NCBI GenBank assembly: GCA_964464735.1
Contig: CAYXKF010000002.1
Location: 3,833 to 67,832, forward strand
Direction of reading: 5' to 3'
DNA: 64,000 bases
DNA from: an uncultured Candidatus Saccharibacteria bacterium
Lineage (GTDB): Bacteria > Patescibacteriota > Minisyncoccia > Phycocordibacterales > UBA1006
Made by a program: the position numbers and the translations under genes. Each line of letters begins with the position of its first letter. Positions within the stretch are counted from its first letter, which is position 1. Of this stretch, positions 56,696-64,000 are shown one piece after another. The notes beneath the pieces are model-generated. The model saw nothing but the letters and a program-made list of their open reading frames with translations. It ran no database searches and was not told where the DNA came from.

Positions 56696-57763
56696 TTAGG
56701 CGCTGTGCATTGGTTCGCGTTCACGCTTTTCAAGCATCAGCATTTGCTGGCGGTCATATTCGTTCATGCATTCAATAATAATGATACAAGCAGGTAATGC
56801 CAAAACAAGGCCAAAAAATCCAAGCAGCGTCACGCCGATGACCGCCGAGATAAGCACGATAAGCGACGGTACGCCCGTAACGCTTTTCATAATAACCGGC
56901 TGCAGCACGTAATTTTCAAGCTGCTGCAATAATGTATAGTATCCCATCACTAAAAGCCCTAATGTCACGCCGCCGCCGAGCGTTGCCACGACTGCAGCCG
57001 GAATAGTGGCGATAACGATACCGTACGGGATCAGGCTAAAGACCAAGGCGGTAATCGAAAGCAACAGCGCATAGGGTACACCCATGATCAACAAGCCAAT
57101 GTATGTTGCGATTGCCAAAATAGTTGCCGACAGTAATTGGCCGCGAAACCAGGCCATGATGCGCACCTTTGATCGTTTCCAAATCCCCAGCACACGCTCT
57201 TCATACGTATGCGGCGCTAAGATCATTAAAAACTGGTCGACGCTTTTATGCTGGATCGAAAAGTAGAATGACATCACAACCAAAAGACCAAAGTTTAAGA
57301 TACCGCCGAAAATCTGACTAAACGAACTGACGATCCCTTGAGTTGTAAGCGATGAACGAATGCTGGTGATAACTTGCAGCGGCGCATCGTTATGCAGCAG
57401 CGACGATTTAACAGCCGAAATGTTTTCAAAAACCGCACCCAAACTTGAAAGAAAATCATTTTGCGGAAACAGCTGCGCGATCGAAATTAATTCCTCGATA
57501 AAGATTGGTATCAAAAGATACAACAAGCCGATCAAAATACCAAAACCAGCAACATATACCAAAATCACTCCGACTATCCGCGGAATCTTAATGCGCTCGA
57601 GCTTAAGCACGGCAGCTTCGACAAATACCGAGATCAACAGCGCGACCGCGATCAGCAAAAAAACACCGCGCAGCTGCCACGCCATGTACGCAAGCGCAGC
57701 AACAATGGCCGCATAAACGAAAGTGCGGGGGCGGATGTCAAAGACGGTCTGGATGCGTTCCAT
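56696..57763 (-). CDS. AI-2E (PerM/UPF0118) family transporter
   Basis: WFRGQL, IPY.G and QQLENYVLQP. Confidence 0.9.
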   Translation of the reverse strand: MERIQTVFDIRPRTFVYAAIVAALAYMAWQLRGVFLLIAVALLISVFVEAAVLKLERIKIPRIVGVILVYVAGFGILIGLLYLLIPIFIEELISIAQLFPQNDFLSSLGAVFENISAVKSSLLHNDAPLQVITSIRSSLTTQGIVSSFSQIFGGILNFGLLVVMSFYFSIQHKSVDQFLMILAPHTYEERVLGIWKRSKVRIMAWFRGQLLSATILAIATYIGLLIMGVPYALLLSITALVFSLIPYGIVIATIPAAVVATLGGGVTLGLLVMGYYTLLQQLENYVLQPVIMKSVTGVPSLIVLISAVIGVTLLGFFGLVLALPACIIIIECMNEYDRQQMLMLEKREREPMHSA

Positions 57764-57802
57764 GCAGCCAGTGTAGCATAAAAATATTCAGATAAAAGGG
57801 TT

Positions 57803-59071
57803 TTACGCGCTGATGATTTTTGACAGTACATCGGCATCGCTAAAGCGCCCAATCATGGCCACGTTGGCACGGCTTGGCATAAAAATCGCCTTGGCTACCT
57901 TTTGCACCTGTCGTGCAGTCATTTTTTGGATCATCTTTTCACGTTCTTTAGGCGAAAGTAGTTTTGATTTTACAATCTCACTAAAGCCATAAAAATCAGC
58001 CCATGCATCAGTAGTTTCCAGGCCCAGGTACATATTGCCGATAAGATATTCTTTTACTTTTTTCAGTTCGTCGTCGGTCATTGGTTCGTTTACCAGTCGC
58101 ATGCATTCTTCATGTATTGCTGCCACAGTCTCGACGACACGGTCATTTGCGACACCGACGCCGATTTTTAAAATCCCATGGTCGGTATAGGTATCGTTAT
58201 AGGCGTAGACATAGTAGCCCAATCCCATCCGCTCGCGGATACGGTCAAAAAGCCGACTTGACATCCCCCCACCCAAGACCGTTGCCATAAATGACGCAGC
58301 GAACGACTGCGCATGCTTTTTCTTAAACGTGCGGTATCCCAACATAATGTGCGTTTGGTCAGTTTCTTTAAACACTGCACGCACGGCAGGCGCAGTTTGC
58401 GAATCGTCAACGGCAGGCTTTGGGTGTTTTTTTGAAGTAGCTATCGGCGCAAACGCTTTTTGGATATCGCGCACCGTTTTTGCGGCAGGCATATTCCCCG
58501 CCACCACGACGAGCGTTCCGGCCGCAACGTAGTGTTCGTTATGGTATTGCTTGATCATGTCCTGCGAAATCATGCGAATATTCTCGCGCGTTCCCAAGAT
58601 CATTTTGCCCGCCGGCTGTTCGCCGTAGACTAGTTGCATTAAAATATCATCAACCTTTTTCTGCGGATGGTCTTCGTACATGTTGATCTCGTCTAAAATG
58701 ACGCCGCGCTCGCGGTTAAGTTCGTCTTGCGGAAATGTCGAGTGCAAGTAAATGTCCGAAATAATCTCGACTATTTTTTCGTAATGTTTAGTCGCACCCT
58801 TGATATAGTAACCAGTATATTCGTGGCCAGTAAACGCGTTGTACTGCACACCAAGCGCATCAAGTTCATGCGTAATATGCTGCGGCGTCGGGCGCTTGGT
58901 TGTTCCCTTAAAACACATGTGTTCCAAAAAGTGCGAGATGCCGTTATTTTCGGGAACCTCGTACTTTGACCCAGCCGCGACAAGTACCATGACGGTTACT
59001 GTTTGAGCGTCTTTGATGGGAACGGTCAGAATGCGCAATTTGTTTTTAAGTGTCTTAAGATTGTATCTCAT
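57803..59071 (-). CDS. M16 (pitrilysin-family) zinc peptidase
   Basis: GISHFLEHMCFKGT, NAFT and LGGGMSSRLF. Confidence 0.95.
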   Translation of the reverse strand: MRYNLKTLKNKLRILTVPIKDAQTVTVMVLVAAGSKYEVPENNGISHFLEHMCFKGTTKRPTPQHITHELDALGVQYNAFTGHEYTGYYIKGATKHYEKIVEIISDIYLHSTFPQDELNRERGVILDEINMYEDHPQKKVDDILMQLVYGEQPAGKMILGTRENIRMISQDMIKQYHNEHYVAAGTLVVVAGNMPAAKTVRDIQKAFAPIATSKKHPKPAVDDSQTAPAVRAVFKETDQTHIMLGYRTFKKKHAQSFAASFMATVLGGGMSSRLFDRIRERMGLGYYVYAYNDTYTDHGILKIGVGVANDRVVETVAAIHEECMRLVNEPMTDDELKKVKEYLIGNMYLGLETTDAWADFYGFSEIVKSKLLSPKEREKMIQKMTARQVQKVAKAIFMPSRANVAMIGRFSDADVLSKIISA

Positions 59072-59195
59072 GTTGGCAATTGTACACGAAATATTTTCCG
59101 CTTCAATTTGAGTGAAGAGATATTGACAATTTCTATAGTATATATTATTGTTTTATAGAATTTTCACACTAAACCACATTTAAAACATAAGCGTT

Positions 59196-60290
59196 ATGAA
59201 ACAACTTAAAACCCTAATCGTGTTTGCCATATCGGCACTTTTCTTTTTTACCGCACAGGCTCAAGCCCCACAAAAAATGAACTACCAAACCGTAGTACGT
59301 GACGCTGCTGGCAATGAACTTTCAAACACTGCCATTAATATTCAATTTATTATCCACGACAGCGTACCAGCAGGTCCTACTGCTTTTAGTGAAACCCAAT
59401 ATGGTCTTACCACTAATCAGTTAGGACTATTAAATACCCAGATCGGCCGCAATAGCGGAAACCTTGCTGCCGTAAATTGGGGTAAGGGCGAAAAATATTT
59501 ACAGGTAAAAGTTGATATAAATAACAACGGTACTTTTATTGATATGGGCACAACCCAACTAATAAGTGTGGCGTATGCTTTGTATGCAGCCAATAGTCCA
59601 CCTGGCGCAACTGGTCCAACCGGACCAATAGGAGCCCAAGGCATTGTCGGCCCAACTGGACCTATCGGTTCAGGAGGCGGAGCGACTGGTGCAACGGGGG
59701 CCACAGGAGCTGATGGTGTTGGCATCGCTGGTATTACATATGCAAACGGAGCTTTATCAATTACCCTCACCAATGGAATAATAAATTCTTTTCCCATTAC
59801 AGGCATTGTTGGACCAACTGGTCCTCCAGGAATTCCTGGCCCAACTGGACCAACCGGCAATACAGGCCCTAAAGGTGAAGGAATGGACTCTGTTGTCCAT
59901 GAATTTACTCCTGCCGAAATGCAGCAGTTGGCCTTAGGTAATGGAATAGACCTACTTCCTGCCCTACCAGATAGCGGCAAATATTTTATCATCGGTGCCT
60001 TTGTTAAAATTGAAGGCGGGCAAATTCCTTTCTTGCCATTCTATGCACCTGCATATGGATGGAAACTCGGAGCTGGTCCTGACGCTCAAAACAATTACAC
60101 GTTTTACAGCGGCGAATTCGCAGACGGAAATGCACCTGAAAAACATATTGACCTAACCCAAAATAGCAATACCGGCGCCTGTACAGACCCCGGTCAAGCT
60201 ATGAGATTCTGGATTAGCTACTTCAACCCAGGAAATTTTACTGGAAAAATAAAAGTAAAAGTATATTACAGAGCTTCTGCAAAGATGTAA
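59196..60290 (+). CDS. Secreted collagen-like protein with Bacteroidota-type N-terminal domain
   Basis: AQAPQKMNYQTVVRD..G..GTTQLISVAYALYA followed by G-X-Y (GPT/GAT) runs. Confidence 0.82.
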   Translation: MKQLKTLIVFAISALFFFTAQAQAPQKMNYQTVVRDAAGNELSNTAINIQFIIHDSVPAGPTAFSETQYGLTTNQLGLLNTQIGRNSGNLAAVNWGKGEKYLQVKVDINNNGTFIDMGTTQLISVAYALYAANSPPGATGPTGPIGAQGIVGPTGPIGSGGGATGATGATGADGVGIAGITYANGALSITLTNGIINSFPITGIVGPTGPPGIPGPTGPTGNTGPKGEGMDSVVHEFTPAEMQQLALGNGIDLLPALPDSGKYFIIGAFVKIEGGQIPFLPFYAPAYGWKLGAGPDAQNNYTFYSGEFADGNAPEKHIDLTQNSNTGACTDPGQAMRFWISYFNPGNFTGKIKVKVYYRASAKM

Positions 60291-60311
60291 CATTTTGAAT
60301 TAATGAAAACG

Positions 60312-60340
60312 AAAAGCCTCGCGCAAAGCGAGGCTTTTTT
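60312..60340. terminator. Bidirectional terminator
   Basis: AAAAGCCTCGC-GCAAA-GCGAGGCTTTT between convergent genes. Confidence 0.8.
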
Positions 60341-60364
60341 GTTTATAAATTTTAGACGTAAAGA

Positions 60365-62314
60365 TTATTTCTGCAGTTCAGAAATAGTGATCGGCCCAAC
60401 GACTCCGTCTACTTTTATATTGCGCGATAATTGAAACGCCTTTGTTGCAGCATCGGTCATGCGGCCAAAGATGCTGTCTTCAACTAAACCGGCTTTCATT
60501 TTGCAGTTAAGGATTTTTTGAAGTACCAAAACCCCCGCACCACGGTCTCCTATTTTTGTAAGTTTGCCCTGCAATTCGGCAACACCAGCCGGACAGGTTT
60601 CTTGTGTCGAAGGAGTCTGAACTACCGGCGTTGGCGTTACGCCTGTTGCATAGGTACAGCGCGATGGGTCGTCCCGGCCACTGTCGTCGTAATTAGTCGC
60701 ACGCGGATCATGGCAACGACGCGCTACCCCTCCACCCGAGCTACCACCCGAGCGCGGTGGCGTTGGTGAACTTTCGGATACATCAGTAACTGTAATAGTA
60801 AAATCTTCGTCGTACGTACCCGCAGAACCATCGGTTACGCGAACACAAATGCCATAGCTTGTTTTGGTTTCGTAGTCTAAAGCAGTTGCTGTTTTTAAAC
60901 TGGTTCCCGTAATACTAAACGAAGCATCGTCCGCACCTGGTGTAGTACAAGCAAGGCTAAATGTTGCACTATCGCCCACATCAGCATCAGTTGCTGACAA
61001 AGTTCCTACCGTTGAACCTGATGCCTGATCTTCGGCAATGCTTGATGCTGAAAGTTCAATATCGGTCGGATCCGCGTTTACCGGAGCAAGATTAAATACC
61101 ATAACACGGTTGTTCCCTTCATCGCTTACGAACAAGTAATCATTGTTAGTGTCATAGGCAACCCCCTCCATACTTGAAGCAAATCCTTTCTGGCTTGGCA
61201 GTACTGTAAATCCGCCACGGCCATCGCTTACCAATGTTCCACCATAGTTTCCATCTTGCGAGGTAAAATTTGGCTGACCTAATACTGCAATGGCATTTTC
61301 ACCATCGGTAATACCATTAGAAAGGTCGAATGCCACTACACGAATATTGCCGTCCTCTGACACAAACAACCGCTCATTGTTGGGGTCCCAAGATACATCC
61401 TGGGGATAGTTAAGACTGTTTTGATCAGTAGCCAAACTGTCCGAACTAAAATCAGGTTGCCCCAAAACATGGATTGCACTTTCATTGTTGGTTACCGCTG
61501 CAATATCAAAAACCAGCACGCGATGCGCGCCGTTTGCATCGGCTACATACAAAAGACTATTCAATTCATCAACTGCGACACCAAGCGGATCGCCTACAGT
61601 ATTAGCGTCAATCGGCAAATCGATTCCGTCAGTGAAGTTCGCCTGGCCAAGCACATGCGCAGCATCCATGCCGTTGGTGATTCCCGCCGAAAGGTCATAT
61701 ACCATGATGCGGGCAGCCGCCTGATCGGCGACATATAAAAAATCTGTGCCCACGTCATACGCAACATCACGCGGACTGTTCAATGTATCTTGATCTACTG
61801 TCGCCGTACTTGAAGTATAATCTTCTTGCCCTAACACATGAATTGCGTTTTCGCCGTTTGTGATCGAAGCGACGTCAAATACCAGGACACGGTTCCCATT
61901 GTAATCAGCAGCAAACAAGTAATTATGATTAGGATCGTACGCCAATCCGTATACGCTAGAGAACTTATCTTGCGCGACCGCACGTGAATCATCTGTCATG
62001 GTTGCTTGTCCCAACACAGCCGAAGCGCTCATCCCGTTTGTAATACCTCCTGAAACGTTAAAAACCAAAATACGGCCGCTTGCCGAGTCGGCAACAAACA
62101 ACCGATCGTGATCAGCATCATAAGCAACACCTTGTGGGTTTCCACCAAGTTTGCTTGCTGTTGTCGAAGCCGAATTTGTTTCAAAGTCCGGCTGGCCCAA
62201 TACAAACGCAGCATCCATGCCGCTTGAAAGATTTTCGGCAAACACTGGAACCACAAATAGCGCAACCAACGTGATAATCGTTATATATTTTAATGTGCTA
62301 AAAAATCGTTTCAT
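60365..62314 (-). CDS. Secreted NHL beta-propeller + cadherin + peptidoglycan-binding protein
   Basis: Repeated LFVAD...RVLVFD...ITNG..A..VLGQ.DF; cadherin PTDIELS..LDYE..V.VTD; C-terminal LQKILN..D.IFG..T..FQ...DGVVGP. Confidence 0.88.
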   Translation of the reverse strand: MKRFFSTLKYITIITLVALFVVPVFAENLSSGMDAAFVLGQPDFETNSASTTASKLGGNPQGVAYDADHDRLFVADSASGRILVFNVSGGITNGMSASAVLGQATMTDDSRAVAQDKFSSVYGLAYDPNHNYLFAADYNGNRVLVFDVASITNGENAIHVLGQEDYTSSTATVDQDTLNSPRDVAYDVGTDFLYVADQAAARIMVYDLSAGITNGMDAAHVLGQANFTDGIDLPIDANTVGDPLGVAVDELNSLLYVADANGAHRVLVFDIAAVTNNESAIHVLGQPDFSSDSLATDQNSLNYPQDVSWDPNNERLFVSEDGNIRVVAFDLSNGITDGENAIAVLGQPNFTSQDGNYGGTLVSDGRGGFTVLPSQKGFASSMEGVAYDTNNDYLFVSDEGNNRVMVFNLAPVNADPTDIELSASSIAEDQASGSTVGTLSATDADVGDSATFSLACTTPGADDASFSITGTSLKTATALDYETKTSYGICVRVTDGSAGTYDEDFTITVTDVSESSPTPPRSGGSSGGGVARRCHDPRATNYDDSGRDDPSRCTYATGVTPTPVVQTPSTQETCPAGVAELQGKLTKIGDRGAGVLVLQKILNCKMKAGLVEDSIFGRMTDAATKAFQLSRNIKVDGVVGPITISELQK

Positions 62315-62369
62315 ACGAACCGAGTATAGCATCTTAGGATGGTTTTTCAAAAGGTATTAAAAAAAGTTA

Positions 62370-62906
62370 CTAGGCTGATTGCTCCATTATAAGCATGTCG
62401 TACCCCTTCTTTGTTTCATGCTCTTTTAAAACACCGAGTGAAAATAAAAACTCTTCCAGTTCAATGCGTACCACGTTTTCATCTTCAGATGACATCTTTT
62501 CAACTTCAATAAATTCTCCAAGCCCTTCAATATGATCGATACAGATTTCAAAATTCTGATAGTGCCCTACCTGACGCGTCTTCTTTAGACGATTGGCCTG
62601 CTGGTACCCCATCACCATAAGCGCCTGCATCATCGCATTACCATTATCAATTGCGGTTTCATATTCGGTTTTAGTAAGTTCGTTGCCCATCTGCATTTTT
62701 ACTGTAAACAAAAAAGTACCGTCGTTTTTCTCACGGATGCGGATGAAATATTCGTTTTTTAAGTAGTTAGCATACGGAGCAACCACTTTTGCAAATACTG
62801 TATCAGTTTGAATAACTGGCTCTGAAAATTCACACCCCAGTTCGGCAAGTTTTTGTAAAACTGCTGGTTTGTTTTTTAAGTATGCTTTTATTTCGATTTC
62901 TTTCAT
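62370..62906 (-). CDS. CYTH-domain protein (class IV adenylate cyclase-like)
   Basis: EIEIKA, Q.D..F, IRIR, KTR, D.IEGLGEFIEVE and GY. Confidence 0.88.
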   Translation of the reverse strand: MKEIEIKAYLKNKPAVLQKLAELGCEFSEPVIQTDTVFAKVVAPYANYLKNEYFIRIREKNDGTFLFTVKMQMGNELTKTEYETAIDNGNAMMQALMVMGYQQANRLKKTRQVGHYQNFEICIDHIEGLGEFIEVEKMSSEDENVVRIELEEFLFSLGVLKEHETKKGYDMLIMEQSA

Positions 62907-62908
62907 AA

Positions 62909-63172
62909 TCATTTTTGATGCTTGATCCAAAAGTTTTTTACAAACTTCAAGGTAAATGTCGAGATTAAAAATCCAATTGCCGGCACCAGCGCATTAATAA
63001 ACGGATGTGGCAGGTGTGCCACCAGAAAGAAAAGCACTACGACAACATAGGTAATCACCGAAAGCCACACCTTTCGCGCAAGGCTTATCTCCCACGCTTT
63101 ATCAAGTTCGACACGAGCATTGCGAGCCTTGATCTCGGCTAATTCTTTTTGCAGAGACTCAAACTCGCTCAT
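62909..63172 (-). CDS. Small conserved membrane protein
   Basis: RNARVELDKAWE.S..R and NALVPAIGF. Confidence 0.7.
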   Translation of the reverse strand: MSEFESLQKELAEIKARNARVELDKAWEISLARKVWLSVITYVVVVLFFLVAHLPHPFINALVPAIGFLISTFTLKFVKNFWIKHQK

Positions 63173-63173
63173 A

Positions 63174-64000
63174 CTATTTTACTTTCTGAATCAGATCAGA
63201 AATTTTTACACGTTCTTGCTCGCCGCTATCGCGATGGCGGATAGTTACCGTATCAACGAGTTCTGGATTTTCGCCCAATGTATCAAAATCTACAACAATA
63301 CAATAAGGAGTACCAATTTCATCTTGCCGTCGGTAGCGCTTGCCGATGTTTCCGTTGTCATCAAATTCGCATGTTACATGCTTGCGAAGTTCTTCGTAGA
63401 CAGACCGTGCTTTGGCAACCAGTTCGGGCTTATTTTTTAACAGCGGAAAGACCGCGCATTTAATAGGCGCAATGCTTGGGTGCAGTTTCAAAAATACGCG
63501 CGTTTCGCCGTCGGCGGCTGCCTCTTCGGTATAGGCGTGATCCAAAAACATAAGCATCGTTCGCGCCAATCCGGCTGACGTTTCGACAATGTGCGGAACA
63601 AAACGCTCTTTGGTGTCTTGATCAAAATAATCAAGCGCAACACCCGAGAATTTTGCATGCTGCGATAAATCCCAATCACCTCGCGCATGAAAACCTTCGA
63701 CTTCGTCGAATTTTCCCAGCGATTCAAAATGATATTTGATGTCGTAGGCTTCGGTCGCATAGTGCGCAAGCTTATCGTGCTTTGACCACTGCAGTTTTTC
63801 GGCTGGAATGCCATGGTCTAAATACCATTGATAGCGGTAGTCTTGCCACATCTTGTAGAGTACGCTTGTTTGCGATGGATGATGAAAATACTGCATTTCC
63901 ATTTGTTCAAATTCGCGAGTACGAAAGATGAATTGGCGCGCTGCAATTTCGTTTCGAAACGCCTTACCAACCTGCGCGATACCAAATGGCAACGACGGAT
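63174..64000 (-). CDS. glyQS: Glycine--tRNA ligase, alpha2 type (3' part only)
   Basis: GIAQVGKAFRNEI..FIFRTREFEQME and IGKRYRRQDEIGTP. Confidence 0.97.
   Translation of the reverse strand, partial: PSLPFGIAQVGKAFRNEIAARQFIFRTREFEQMEMQYFHHPSQTSVLYKMWQDYRYQWYLDHGIPAEKLQWSKHDKLAHYATEAYDIKYHFESLGKFDEVEGFHARGDWDLSQHAKFSGVALDYFDQDTKERFVPHIVETSAGLARTMLMFLDHAYTEEAAADGETRVFLKLHPSIAPIKCAVFPLLKNKPELVAKARSVYEELRKHVTCEFDDNGNIGKRYRRQDEIGTPYCIVVDFDTLGENPELVDTVTIRHRDSGEQERVKISDLIQKVK

Noticed and set aside
56696-57763. AI-2E transporter as evidence of AI-2 quorum sensing
   Set aside because: The family is widespread and functionally diverse, and no luxS or lsr genes are seen here.
1-64000. CRISPR array, cas genes, intact transposase/integrase, prophage or rRNA
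   Set aside because: No regularly spaced repeats or diagnostic protein or RNA motifs found by eye.

Overview
This 64 kb window reads as a chromosomal segment of a Patescibacteria (CPR, most like Parcubacteria) bacterium using genetic code 11, with most genes on the minus strand. The taxonomy is inferred from gene repertoire and protein motifs, not from a database search. Housekeeping content: tRNA-Asn, ndk, a rearranged ribosomal block (rpsS-rplV-rpsC-rplP-rpmC-rpsQ-rplN-rplX-rplE-rpsL-rpsG), cmk, sod, a split comEC, rnhA, recJ, rplJL, rpiB, gap, ftsK, recA, efp, rpsF-ssb-rpsR, tatD, metG and a partial glyQS. Most interesting: (1) a helical-bundle plus winged-helix gene next to ftsK whose sequence and 3' flank carry 12 copies of TGTCNTTT, with a perfect palindromic version upstream of a surface-protein gene and a roughly 430-nt highly structured leader in front of an S-layer-like gene; (2) a six-gene surface operon combining a 2064-aa adhesin, a WxL-like subunit, a DUF916-like anchor, a dockerin protein and two cohesin proteins; (3) an exporter / unknown enzyme / 7TM kinase cluster resembling a signal synthase-receptor module; (4) pervasive leaderless promoter architecture; (5) a duplicated, decayed tRNA-Asn 3' flank around an HNH gene; (6) a Bacteroidota-like collagen gene. 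All product calls come from motif recognition by eye.
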